From an uncultured Verrucomicrobiae bacterium (GTDB lineage Bacteria > Verrucomicrobiota > Verrucomicrobiia > Limisphaerales > Palsa-1400), in assembly GCA_963764165.1 (NCBI GenBank), contig CAVXRD010000002.1, forward strand, positions 1,568,001-1,632,000: a stretch of 64,000 bases of DNA, given 5' to 3'. Below the pieces are notes generated by a model. The model was not told the origin of the DNA, did no database searches, and was given only the letters and a program-made list of their open reading frames with translations. This document shows positions 30,142 through 39,426 of this stretch, piece by piece (the stretch's first letter is position 1; every line of letters starts with the position of its first letter). Made by a program: the position numbers and the translations under genes.

Positions 30142-31143
30142 TTACTCCGTCAACAATTCCAACAAACTCAGCCCTTTGCTCGATAGCTGCCACCCCGGGC
30201 CGGAGCGGGTGACTAATCGGCGGCAGGGGTTTTTGGTGTATTCGGCTTCGTTGACGGAGAGCAATTGATACTTGGCGTAGCCTTTGAAGGAATTGATGCC
30301 GCGCGGGATGAGTTGGAACGGCAGCCCGTTGAAGTCGAGGGCGATTTCGTAGCCTTCCAGCGCCTCGCCGGGGGGCAGCGCGCCCTGCTTGACCAGCATC
30401 GGATAGCGGTGGAGCCAGGGGAAATTTTTTTGACGCACCAGCACGCGGCAAAGCTCCGTGCGATGCTGAATCCACGAAACCAAGTCAAATGGCGGGCCGG
30501 GTTGGTGTTCGGCCAGCAGGATGAGGCGCGGATCAAGGCCAACCAGGTTTTCGCCGTTGAACAAACCGTGGTCGTCGTGCTCGCCGGGGAAATGCCGCTT
30601 GAAGTAGGCGGTAAAATGGTCGCTGTAAAATAAATTCAGCTCAAAATGGACGTGGGCGCGGTCTTTCGTGATCGGCTGGCGGGTGTTGCTGGTGCGGCCC
30701 ATCGTCGCGATGCGTTCGCCGCTGTGAATTTGCTCGCCGATGCGGAGGCCGTTGCGCACTTCGGACAGGTGCGCGTAGAGGGAGAAAATCTCGATGCCTT
30801 CGATGCGGTGCATCAGCACGATGTATCGCCCGTAATTTGAAAGCGACGGCTTGTCGTTGATGTAGGCCACCACGCCATCCGCCGTGGCCAGGACGGGATC
30901 GATGGGTTCGCCCGCGCCATTGCGCTGGAGGCTGCGGATGTCCAATCCCTCGTGCATCTGCCATCCGTCGGAGCGGACGCAGCCGAAGGTGCCGGAAAGC
31001 CATGTCTTCCCGGGCGTCGGCGCAAAAGCACGATCCTCTCCTCCAAGCTCCAGAACGGCGTGATTAGCCGTCGGAAGCTGAAACGGCTGGGCCACCGCGC
31101 TGGAGGACAGCAGCAGCAGCCCGAGAAAAATCGGACGAATCAT
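30142..31143 (-). CDS. M23 family metallopeptidase, secreted
   Basis: Signal peptide, HEGLD, YAHL, HVHFE. Confidence 0.9.
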   Translation of the reverse strand: MIRPIFLGLLLLSSSAVAQPFQLPTANHAVLELGGEDRAFAPTPGKTWLSGTFGCVRSDGWQMHEGLDIRSLQRNGAGEPIDPVLATADGVVAYINDKPSLSNYGRYIVLMHRIEGIEIFSLYAHLSEVRNGLRIGEQIHSGERIATMGRTSNTRQPITKDRAHVHFELNLFYSDHFTAYFKRHFPGEHDDHGLFNGENLVGLDPRLILLAEHQPGPPFDLVSWIQHRTELCRVLVRQKNFPWLHRYPMLVKQGALPPGEALEGYEIALDFNGLPFQLIPRGINSFKGYAKYQLLSVNEAEYTKNPCRRLVTRSGPGWQLSSKGLSLLELLTE

Positions 31144-31808
31144 TTAAATGTTTCGAGCGATTTCTCGTAGGCGATGTCGTTTTTCAATCCGCGGACGATC
31201 CGGGCGGTTTCCTCGCGGGTGGCATCCGGGCTGAATCGAAACAAGCCACTTGTGTTCCGTTCCCGGATGAGCACGGCGGCCAGCCAGGCGGACTTCCGGG
31301 GCTGGCCGGGCTGGTCGACACCGGGATCGGCGGGCGGCAGCGGCTCTCGCATCTGCAGGGGCCCGCTGTCGTCATCGGCCGCGGCTTTCTTGGATTTCTT
31401 TGGCTGGTCCGGCGATTTGTAGCCGGCGGGAGGAAATTGCGAGTAAATGACAATGTGGCGACCCTTGTGGAGCGTCGTTACCATTTCCAGCGCCAGCGCG
31501 CCGTGATCGCTCAACCCTAGTTGAATGGCAAACCCGCCGTCCGGCCCCGGCTCATCCACCATCGCCACCTGGCGAATGTCCGCCTCGGTGAGAAACGGTT
31601 CGCTCTCGATGGTGTAAGGATAGTGCTGGCGGGTGACCAGGACATTGCCGGTGCCGGTTTTGTCTGATCGGTTGCCTTCCACGTAAAACCGGAGGGTCGA
31701 TTGCTCCTTTTTTGCGAAGTCGCTGGCCTTGTTCGCGCAGCCGGCGGCGGCTAAGAGTGGCAGCCAGGCCAGATAAATTAGGTTGAATGGGCGAAAATAA
31801 CTCTTCAT
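31140..31808 (-). CDS. Hypothetical lipoprotein
   Basis: Lipobox-like AAGC. Stop overlaps the M23 gene start. Confidence 0.7.
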   Translation of the reverse strand: MKSYFRPFNLIYLAWLPLLAAAGCANKASDFAKKEQSTLRFYVEGNRSDKTGTGNVLVTRQHYPYTIESEPFLTEADIRQVAMVDEPGPDGGFAIQLGLSDHGALALEMVTTLHKGRHIVIYSQFPPAGYKSPDQPKKSKKAAADDDSGPLQMREPLPPADPGVDQPGQPRKSAWLAAVLIRERNTSGLFRFSPDATREETARIVRGLKNDIAYEKSLETFK

Positions 31809-31854
31809 ATTCCTTTAACGGACAATTTAAAACAGTAGAGCAAATTAAAAATAT

Positions 31855-31962
31855 ATGGGCAAGCAATATAACAAGGGCGAAAAGAAAAGCCGCCGCGTCG
31901 CATACATCAAACGCAAAAAGGCCGCCTCGAAAAAGAAACCCGCCGCCACCGCGGCAGCCTGA
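31855..31962 (+). CDS. 35-aa small basic protein (absent from the ORF track)
   Basis: MGKQYNKGEKKSRRVAYIKRKKAASKKKPAATAAA*. A-rich upstream region and GC-rich third codon positions. Confidence 0.6.
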   Translation: MGKQYNKGEKKSRRVAYIKRKKAASKKKPAATAAA

Positions 31963-32029
31963 TCCGCATTTCGCTTCACGGCTCGTCGGCGGACCTGCCA
32001 AGGGGCGTTATCTTCGAAACGGTGTCTTG

Positions 32030-32166
32030 CCCTCTCGCCCCGCTTGCGGGGAGAGAGTTGGAGAGAGGGGAACTCGTAAATTAAATTGCCCGAACCACCG
32101 TGTTTATTGGCGTGCCACTGATTCTGCAATCTCGGCGCCCCCCTCCCCGCAGGCGGGGCGAGGGAA
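32030..32166. repeat. Inverted-repeat element (CTCCCCGC..GCGGGG type)
   Basis: CCCTCTCGCCCCGCTTGCGGGGAG (~32030) pairs with CTCCCCGCAGGCGGGGCGAGGG (~32143). Confidence 0.6.
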
Positions 32167-32225
32167 CAGAAACTTCCCATGCGAGGGCTGCTTTTGGGTC
32201 AGAGCGTCAGTAGTGCCAGCGCCAT

Positions 32226-33524
32226 TCACGGCTCGTCGGGGGCGTTGTCGTGGATTTGAAATTGGCGCGTGCTGTGGTTGGCGATTTGCAGTTTGCCGCG
32301 AATGATGTTGTCGGAAATAACCGCCCGGCGAACTTCCGCGCCCAAATCCACTTGCGCCCGGTTTTTCTGAAATTCGCAGCCGCGAATGAGGAGATTCCCG
32401 CCCGTCGCCTGCACCGCCGCGCGCCCCGTGCCGCCGTGATCCCAATCGCAAAAGGTGCAGTCTGAGAAGCCAACCGTCCCGCCGCCCGCAATTTTGGCGA
32501 TTTGATTGCACGGCCCCCAGAACGCACAATTGGAAAATCTCACCACGCCGCGATGCGACGAACCGACCTCCACCATCGTCGGGTCCGGGCCGTGGAAGGC
32601 GGTGAATTCGCCATTGGCAATCAGAATTCCGAAGGGAGCGGATTGCTCGACCTCGACGGCGGTGAAACAGTCGTCGGCCCCGATGCCGAGGAAGTTGCCG
32701 TTGCATTCGCCGCGCGGGGTGTGGATGAATTTGTAGCCGACTTTGTAGCCGAAGCAGAAGGTGTTGAGCACGTATTCCCAGTCGCTGCGCCCGAAAATAA
32801 AAGCCTCTCCGTTGGCGGCCTGCCATTTGTAAGCCGCCGCGCCTTCACCGCACCACCACGGATTGAAATGGATGTTTTCCAGGCGGCCAATGTCGTAAAT
32901 ATCCGCCACATAAATTCCGCGCCGCAGCGGCTGCCCTGAGATGTTGCGCAGCAAATGGCGTTCGCTGCCGGAGGTATCGATGCCGTTGTAGGGATTCAGC
33001 AATTCGACATCGAGCACCGCCGGATTCTTCCCGCTGGCGGCGATGGAGTAGGGATAGGGCTTGGGCTCGGCGTCCGCTTTCTGCTCGGGATAATAAATCA
33101 CGACGCCGCTTAGCGTGGTGTTGTCATTGAGCATGATGAAGGGCGGGCCGGATTCGTGGCCGGCATTTTCGGTGACAAGAAACGTGGTGCCGTCATGGGT
33201 TGGCTTATCGCGATCGCCATTTCTGAAACCAAGATGCGACGGCACAGATTTCCACAGACCTTGCAGAGCAACGCCGTTGGGAACACTCAGATGCCCCGCA
33301 AAAAAGAAATTCCCGCGCCCTGCCTCGACCGTTCCGCCACCCGCCTTTCCCGCCGCGTCGAGCGCCTTCTGGAAAGCAGAGGTGTCATCCGTTGCGCCAT
33401 CGCCTTTGGCGCCAAAATCACGGACTGCAAAGACATTATTGCTCTGCGCAACCACAGATACGCCGCAAAACATCAGCATCGCCACAGCCAACCACAAAAC
33501 CACTGCCAATCGAAAAGCGCTCAT
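32226..33524 (-). CDS. Secreted right-handed beta-helix protein (pectate lyase superfamily / GH55-like N-terminus)
   Basis: Signal peptide and VRDFGAKGDGATDDTSAFQKAL motif. Confidence 0.8.
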   Translation of the reverse strand: MSAFRLAVVLWLAVAMLMFCGVSVVAQSNNVFAVRDFGAKGDGATDDTSAFQKALDAAGKAGGGTVEAGRGNFFFAGHLSVPNGVALQGLWKSVPSHLGFRNGDRDKPTHDGTTFLVTENAGHESGPPFIMLNDNTTLSGVVIYYPEQKADAEPKPYPYSIAASGKNPAVLDVELLNPYNGIDTSGSERHLLRNISGQPLRRGIYVADIYDIGRLENIHFNPWWCGEGAAAYKWQAANGEAFIFGRSDWEYVLNTFCFGYKVGYKFIHTPRGECNGNFLGIGADDCFTAVEVEQSAPFGILIANGEFTAFHGPDPTMVEVGSSHRGVVRFSNCAFWGPCNQIAKIAGGGTVGFSDCTFCDWDHGGTGRAAVQATGGNLLIRGCEFQKNRAQVDLGAEVRRAVISDNIIRGKLQIANHSTRQFQIHDNAPDEP

Positions 33525-33541
33525 AAACTCAAATACGGTGA

Positions 33542-33673
33542 GCCACAGATTGACACAGATCAACACAGATTAAAAACCGGGAAACAAAACCGGTCAGCAT
33601 GACATCATCGGCGCTCGGGCTGTCAACCGAAATGCTTTTCAGGAATCTGTGTTGATCTGTGCCAATCTGTGGC
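33542..33673. mobile_element. Internally deleted miniature copy of the GxxExxY element
   Basis: Inverted triple repeats enclose CCGGTCAGCATGACATCATCGGCGC (like the gene 5' end, 33708-33733), fused to a stretch like the gene 3' end. Confidence 0.65.
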
Positions 33674-33689
33674 CTATTTAATTCGGCCA

Positions 33690-34058
33690 ATGAGCGACGA
33701 ACGGGATCCAGTTACGCACGACATCATTGGCGCGGCGTTTGAGGTTTATCGGGTGCTGGGGTATGGCTTTCTCGAAAAAGTTTATCAGCGAGCTTTGCAG
33801 GCGGAATTGGTGCTTCGAAAGCGCAACGCTGGATTGGAGCATCGGATTCCCGTTCAATACAAAGGCGCAGTTGTCGGCGATTATGTCGCCGACCTTTTGG
33901 TGGAGGGTTCTGTGCTTGTGGAATTGAAGGTTGCCCCCGAATATCAGATTGCGGACGAAGCGCAACTGCTCAACCAGTTGAAAGCCACCCGTCTCAAGAT
34001 CGGATTGCTCATCAATTTTGGCCGCTCCAAGGTCGAGTTCAAACGAATGGTCTTCTGA
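33690..34058 (+). CDS. GxxExxY family protein (PD-(D/E)XK-like)
   Basis: IIGAAFEV..LGYGFLEKVYQ, ADLLVE..VLVELK, QLLNQL..GLLINFG. Confidence 0.93.
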   Translation: MSDERDPVTHDIIGAAFEVYRVLGYGFLEKVYQRALQAELVLRKRNAGLEHRIPVQYKGAVVGDYVADLLVEGSVLVELKVAPEYQIADEAQLLNQLKATRLKIGLLINFGRSKVEFKRMVF

Positions 34059-34292
34059 AAAAATCTGTGTTGATCTATGTGAATCTGTGGCTGTTTTGCC
34101 CCAAGTTGCGAAATATTGAGAAATAATTCGCTTTGCGTCCGGGGCCGGGGCATATTGCCCAAGTTCGTTAGATGGCTTAGTTCGTTTCAAGTCTGGAGAA
34201 TTCTCAAGTGAACTTGGTTCTGTGATGATTCGAAACCCGATTGTCGGGGACTATTTGGAGCAAAGGGTTTGTCTTTTAGAACATCACATAAC

Positions 34293-34601
34293 ATGAGTAA
34301 TAATAAATTGTTCGTTGGAAATCTTTCCTTCAACACCACCCAAAACGATCTTCAAGACAAGTTTTCCGCCCACGGCACCGTGCAGGAAGTCAACTTGATG
34401 ATGGATCGCGAAACCGGCCGCCCCCGCGGCTTCGGCTTCATCACCATGAGCACCGACGCTGAAGGCCAGGCCGCCATCGACGCGCTCAACGGCCAGACCG
34501 TTGATGGCCGCGCCCTGACGGTTAATGTTGCCAAGCCGCGCGAAGAGCGCAGCGGTGGCGATCGCCGCCCCTACAGTGGTGCGGGCCGATCCAGCCGATA
34601 A
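34293..34601 (+). CDS. RRM RNA-binding protein
   Basis: RNP2 LFVGNL, RNP1 RGFGFITM and a G/R-rich tail. Confidence 0.95.
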   Translation: MSNNKLFVGNLSFNTTQNDLQDKFSAHGTVQEVNLMMDRETGRPRGFGFITMSTDAEGQAAIDALNGQTVDGRALTVNVAKPREERSGGDRRPYSGAGRSSR

Positions 34602-34622
34602 TACTCGGTAGAATATTTCAGG

Positions 34623-34659
34623 CGAGGATTGGGTAAAACCATTCCTCGTTCTTTTTTTT
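34623..34659 (+). terminator. Rho-independent terminator after the RRM gene
   Basis: CGAGGA...TCCTCG stem followed by TTCTTTTTTTT. Confidence 0.7.
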
Positions 34660-34722
34660 CTGCTCGTGACCGGTTGGTTGCCGGAAACGGGCCATATTTT
34701 TAGCAGGTTACCGAAAAACAAC

Positions 34723-34947
34723 ATGACACAAGCAAAAGAGCAGCACATTGAAGTGGAAGGCGTGGTCGCGGTGGTCCTTCCCGGCACGATGTTCCGGGTT
34801 GAATTGTCGAACAAGCACATCGTGCTGGCGACGATTTGCGGCAAGATGCGCAAGCGCTGGGTGCGCCTGACCGTCGGCGACCGCGTGAAGCTGGAAATGT
34901 CGCCTTACGATTTGAACCGGGCGCGCATCACCTGGCGCCTCGGATAA
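34723..34947 (+). CDS. infA: Translation initiation factor IF-1
   Basis: [34 protein letters not shown]. Confidence 0.95.
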   Translation: MTQAKEQHIEVEGVVAVVLPGTMFRVELSNKHIVLATICGKMRKRWVRLTVGDRVKLEMSPYDLNRARITWRLG

Positions 34948-34970
34948 TCACGAAGGCCGTTGAGGCTGAG

Positions 34971-35113
34971 GCCGCAGATTGACGCAGATGAACGCAGATA
35001 AGAGGCCGAACCCAACTAACGTGGTTCGGTCACGCGCCGCCTCATTGGCCAGACGCGGGTTAAACAACCATTCTTTCAGAAACAATCTGCGTTGATCTGC
35101 GTCCCTCTGCGGC
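34971..35113. mobile_element. GxxExxY-derived miniature element
   Basis: GCCGCAGATTGACGCAGATGAACGCAGAT ... ATCTGCGTTGATCTGCGTCCCTCTGCGGC. Interior similar to 35789-35927. Confidence 0.65.
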
Positions 35114-35148
35114 TCTTTCCTCCCTCCGGAATTCTGCTATCTTGGAAG

Positions 35149-35781
35149 ATGCATTGTTTGATTAAGGAGTGGAGAACGGCCATCGTGTTTTTGACAGTAT
35201 GTTTGTGCGCCGGCTGTTCCAGCTTCACCTATTCTCCGGCTTATCCCGCATCCTATCCGCCATTGGCAAATCGGGCCGGCCTGGCCATTCAGCGGGGCAA
35301 AGATTTGCGCCCGCCGGACCGCATCACCCCAGGATGGTGCAAGCCCGCCGAGCCAATCGTCGCGCGCGCCCTGGCTGAAGAAGCGCGCCACGCGAATCTT
35401 TTTGAGCGCGTGAAAGTGCATCCCCGAGCCGCAAACCCCAACAAGTATCCGATTCTGGTCGAGTGTGACGTGATTAAATTCGATTGCGTGAACACAGCCA
35501 CCGTTTTCGAGAATATCGGACGGACCGTGCTGCAAGCGCAAGGGCTTCACGGCGCGCTCATCGCCGCCAGCATCCCCTCCGAATACACCTCCGAGATCGA
35601 GATCCGATTTCAAGTTCTGGACCCGGCGACTGGCCTCCCCAAATTCGCGAGGAACTACCGCGCCCAGCGCACAACGACCGCCAACGGATACCAGGGAAAA
35701 AAGCCCTTGATGCAACAAACCAGCGCCGCCTTGGAAGAAGTCATCGCCCAGTTCTTACGCGATCTGGCTAAGATGCCATAA
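35149..35781 (+). CDS. Hypothetical lipoprotein
   Basis: Signal peptide ending LCAGC. No recognised family. Confidence 0.7.
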   Translation: MHCLIKEWRTAIVFLTVCLCAGCSSFTYSPAYPASYPPLANRAGLAIQRGKDLRPPDRITPGWCKPAEPIVARALAEEARHANLFERVKVHPRAANPNKYPILVECDVIKFDCVNTATVFENIGRTVLQAQGLHGALIAASIPSEYTSEIEIRFQVLDPATGLPKFARNYRAQRTTTANGYQGKKPLMQQTSAALEEVIAQFLRDLAKMP

Positions 35782-35788
35782 CTCTTTT

Positions 35789-35927
35789 GCCGCAGATGGA
35801 CGCAGACTAAAAGCAATTCAGGCGGAACTCGACAAACACGGCTCGGACACACCCCGAGGTCTGGACAGACGCGTGTCAAACAATTATTCTTCAGAAAAAT
35901 CTGCGTTGATCTGCGTTAATCCGCGGC
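35789..35927. mobile_element. GxxExxY-derived miniature element
   Basis: Same inverted arms. Interior TCAAACAATTATTCTTCAGAAAAATCTG matches the gene end TCAAACGAATGGTCTTCTGAAAAAATCTG. Confidence 0.65.
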
Positions 35928-36557
35928 TAAACCCGGCCAGGAACGAGGATCGGAATCCGATAACACACGACCCCAGCGCTGCGGCTCTTGCACCCGCGCG
36001 GCGGCGGTTTTCCGTGGATCGATTTTATCCGCCAGCACATCTTCGATCACTTTTTCGGTCAGTTGCGACGGGTACCCAATCCACGCAATACGGCCTGCTT
36101 TGTTAATAATGACGGCGGTGGGGATGGTGTGGCCTTCGACTTTGCGCTTCCACCAGTGGCTCGCCATAAAACCATTTGTGTCCTGCGTCTTGTCATCCAT
36201 CGCGACGCGGTATGTCATCTTGCCGCCCATTTTTTTCACGAAAGGCTCCACGGCTTCGTCTTTGTCCCAGACGTTTTGGCCGATCACGATGACACCCTTG
36301 TCCTTGAATTTCTCCGCCAGCTCATTGAGATGCGGAATGGATACGAGGCAAGGTCCGCACCATGTGGCCCAGAATTCGACAATGTATACGTGGTCTGCAT
36401 CGAATTGCCGGACCGGCTCGCCTTGCACCCATTTGCCGACTTGGAGCGTGGGCGCGGGATCTCCGATGTTGAGCATCGCGCATTCCGCGCGCAGAGCAGC
36501 AAAGACCGTCATTCCGAGCAACAAAAAAATTCGATTTGAAAAAGGCAGATTTTTCAT
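35916..36557 (-). CDS. TlpA-like thiol:disulfide oxidoreductase
   Basis: Signal peptide, IGDPAP, EFWATWCGPC, IPT. The stop lies inside the miniature element. Confidence 0.9.
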   Translation of the reverse strand: MKNLPFSNRIFLLLGMTVFAALRAECAMLNIGDPAPTLQVGKWVQGEPVRQFDADHVYIVEFWATWCGPCLVSIPHLNELAEKFKDKGVIVIGQNVWDKDEAVEPFVKKMGGKMTYRVAMDDKTQDTNGFMASHWWKRKVEGHTIPTAVIINKAGRIAWIGYPSQLTEKVIEDVLADKIDPRKTAAARVQEPQRWGRVLSDSDPRSWPGLAAD

Positions 36558-36639
36558 TTCGTTTCCATTCAATGCCATCCGCCAAACTTCGTCAACCATT
36601 CAGAGGCGGGCTTTCAGGGCAGAGGCATCTTAATTCCAA

Positions 36640-36740
36640 GGCAGGGACGCCTCGCCGAGGCGCCCGGTTGCGCGGAAAGGTGCGAAGGGCTGCGGGAAAG
36701 CAGAGCCTCACCCCGGACGCCTCGGCGAGGCGTCCCTACC
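36640..36740. repeat. REP doublet (REPIN-like), GTAG family
   Basis: Reverse-complement homolog of 3702-3805. Confidence 0.8.
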
Positions 36741-36840
36741 AATCAACAAGCTTGGCGCTCGTTGATTTTCAATAGATTACAAGAATTAAGATGCGTCTGC
36801 GGTGGGCCGGCTTTAACGGACGGAGCATGATTGAATCGCG

Positions 36841-37398
36841 TCAGATTCCTGTTTCCATGCTTGCGGCGCTCACACCCGGCGGCACGACCCACCGCTGGCG
36901 GCGGGAGCGGCGTTTGACGGCGGGATGAACGACGCCGCGGACCGGTGCAACGGCATGCGCCGAGGGCGCAAGCTGCGGGGGGAAAACATTATGCGTCAGC
37001 CAAAAGTCGTGGATGGACCTGGCGATGCTCTCGAGTTTGCTGGCCTCGCTTGGCTTGGTTAGAAAGGCATTCGCTCCAAGCTTGTAGGCCGCCGAAATAT
37101 CCGTGCCCTCGGCAGAGGCGGACAGGATGATGACCGCGACCGATTCCAGGCGCTGCGAACGAATCCATTTCAGCACTTCAAGCCCCATTACCTGGGGCAA
37201 TTTCAAATCCAAGAGAATCACGCTCGGCAGCGGATGAGCCTCGCGATCCGCAAATTGGCCAGTGCCTTTCAGATAATCAATGGCCTCCTGGCCGTCTTCG
37301 GCGACGTGAATGGGATTCGTCACGCCGGCTTTTTTCAAGGCGTACTTGAGCAGGAAGACATCATTCGGGTCGTCTTCCACTTGGAGCAAACATTTCAT
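36841..37398 (-). CDS. Single-domain response regulator (Rcp1-like)
   Basis: VEDDPND, DGQEAIDYL, LLDLKLP, GANAFLTKP. Confidence 0.92.
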   Translation of the reverse strand: MKCLLQVEDDPNDVFLLKYALKKAGVTNPIHVAEDGQEAIDYLKGTGQFADREAHPLPSVILLDLKLPQVMGLEVLKWIRSQRLESVAVIILSASAEGTDISAAYKLGANAFLTKPSEASKLESIARSIHDFWLTHNVFPPQLAPSAHAVAPVRGVVHPAVKRRSRRQRWVVPPGVSAASMETGI

Positions 37399-37399
37399 A

Positions 37400-39052
37400 T
37401 TATCCTTTTTTCAACTGGATCCAAAACTTGCTGCCTTTGTCCGGCTCGGATTCAAGTCCAAGGGTTCCGCCCATCCGGTCCATCGCCTTTCGCACAATGG
37501 TCAAACCTATGCCAGTTCCCTCGTAATCCGCGGCGGAATGGATTCTTTCGAACAAACGGAATATCCGGTCGTGATTTTCGCGGGAGATGCCTATGCCATT
37601 GTCCGCGAACCACACGCGGATGCTGTCCTTTCCAATGGCTTCGGCTGAAATGCTGACCTGCGGCGCGGTCCCCGGCGAAACAAATTTCGAGCCGTTGCTT
37701 AACAAATTGGTGATGCATTGCGCGATAAGCGCGCCGTTTCCCATGACCGCAGGCAGCGTGCCTTTGATCTGGAAATCAGGCTTGATCAGCTGGCCATTGG
37801 GAAAAGTCTCGATGATGTCGCGGGTCAGACGGTCCAGGTCCACCCGCTCCACGGGGGGTTTCGCATGGATGATCCTTGCGTAGCTCAAAACATCCTGGAT
37901 CAGCCGGTCCAGGCGCACGGACGAGCGCATGATCTGCTGCAGGTAGCTGATTCCCTGGGCGTCCAGTTTGGACTTGTAGTCATCAATCAGGTAGGACGCG
38001 AAGCTTTGCATGGCCCGCAAAGGGGCGCGCATATCATGGGAGACGCTGTAGGAGAATGCTTCCAGCTCGCTGATCGTTTCACGGAGCTCCGAGGTCCGTT
38101 TGGTGACGACCTGCTCCAAATGGCGGGCGTGGCGCGCCACCACGTTCTTTGCGGCCAGCAAATCCCGCGCGGTCTGCTTGCGTTCGGTAATGTCCCGAAT
38201 ATTGCATTGAATGACTTTTCTTCCGTTCTCCTCGTAGAGGTTGCTGACGAATTCCACTTCATGGCGCTGGCCGGTCTTGTTTTTCAGCGGCAAGTTTTCG
38301 TAGCGGATGAAATGTTTTTTCTGCAGCGCCAGGAAGGCTTTCCGGCTGCTTTTTTCGTCCTTGACCAACCCAATCTCCCAAAGCTCCCTGCCCACCAGCT
38401 CCTTGTAGGAGTAACCCAATAATTCTGACATGAAGGGATTGGCATCGGTGATCTTTCGCGTTTCCGGATCCAGTATCAAGATTCCATCCCGCGCCGCCTC
38501 AAACAGACGCCGGTAGCGGATCTCAGTATTGGCGATTGCGATCTGCGCATTGCGCCGGTCGGTAATGTCCTCAATGAAAAGAAGAATGCATTGGAGATGG
38601 TCCAGTTGGTGGCCGCTCAGCAACATCGTGCGGGTTCCAATATGCTCGAACCGGTGAGTCACTTCGAAATTTTTGAAGATGCTCTTGCGGGGCAGAACCT
38701 CCTCCAACAGGACGCGCAAGGCCGGAATGTTCCATTGCCCATTGCCAAGCTCGTAGACTCGGCGGCCCAGCGTCAGCCGGGGCGATATTTTGAAACAGTC
38801 GCAGAAGGATCGGTTGGCGGTCCTGACTTCAAGGTTCGATTCAAGAACCAGCAGCGGTCCCGCTTCGTCGACGATGGCTTCCGCGTAGTTCCGTGTGGCA
38901 AGCAGCTCCATTTCCAGAGCGGATGTTTTGTCGAGCTTTCTTCCTGCACGAAGGGAAACGGCCGTGACGGGAGGCTTGGTTTTTGTCATCCCGGCCAAAG
39001 AAACACCGGCTTTCGAGTCGCGGGCTTTCGCAAGTTTGGCCTTCCTAGTCAT
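37400..39052 (-). CDS. Cytoplasmic PAS-PAS sensor histidine kinase
   Basis: Two PAS-like regions, H-box FSYSVSHDMRAPL, NLLSNGSKF, DNGIGI, GTGIGL. Start uncertain. Confidence 0.9.
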   Translation of the reverse strand: MTRKAKLAKARDSKAGVSLAGMTKTKPPVTAVSLRAGRKLDKTSALEMELLATRNYAEAIVDEAGPLLVLESNLEVRTANRSFCDCFKISPRLTLGRRVYELGNGQWNIPALRVLLEEVLPRKSIFKNFEVTHRFEHIGTRTMLLSGHQLDHLQCILLFIEDITDRRNAQIAIANTEIRYRRLFEAARDGILILDPETRKITDANPFMSELLGYSYKELVGRELWEIGLVKDEKSSRKAFLALQKKHFIRYENLPLKNKTGQRHEVEFVSNLYEENGRKVIQCNIRDITERKQTARDLLAAKNVVARHARHLEQVVTKRTSELRETISELEAFSYSVSHDMRAPLRAMQSFASYLIDDYKSKLDAQGISYLQQIMRSSVRLDRLIQDVLSYARIIHAKPPVERVDLDRLTRDIIETFPNGQLIKPDFQIKGTLPAVMGNGALIAQCITNLLSNGSKFVSPGTAPQVSISAEAIGKDSIRVWFADNGIGISRENHDRIFRLFERIHSAADYEGTGIGLTIVRKAMDRMGGTLGLESEPDKGSKFWIQLKKG

Positions 39053-39426
39053 GGGGATTTCGGGCCTGGAGCTCGGGCTGGAGGCCTCGGGGCTGTTTTC
39101 CAGTTCCGCCCGACGCCATACAACGCCACGGTTGATGTGTTTGAATTCATTTGGGTACCTCGCAAGATGCGAACCTCGCAATAAATCTACGGCGGCGGAG
39201 AAAGCGTCACCATCCGGTGTTTCCAGAATACGCCTTTTGCCCGGGGCGCAAGGTGGACATGCCGGCAAGGGCCGCGCAACACCCTCCTCGAATTGATGCC
39301 CGGAAAACACCTAATGGTGGGACGCGGCATTTGTCGTATAACTCTTGTTGAACCTCGGTCAATGTGCGGTTCAGGATTGTGCCGCCCGTGATCGTCAGTG
39401 TCTTTTGAGCCTTAATTTTGAAATTT

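Noticed and set aside
34150..34270. tRNA or known ncRNA upstream of the RRM gene
   Set aside because: No cloverleaf, T-loop context or CCA end. Kept only as a possible structured leader.
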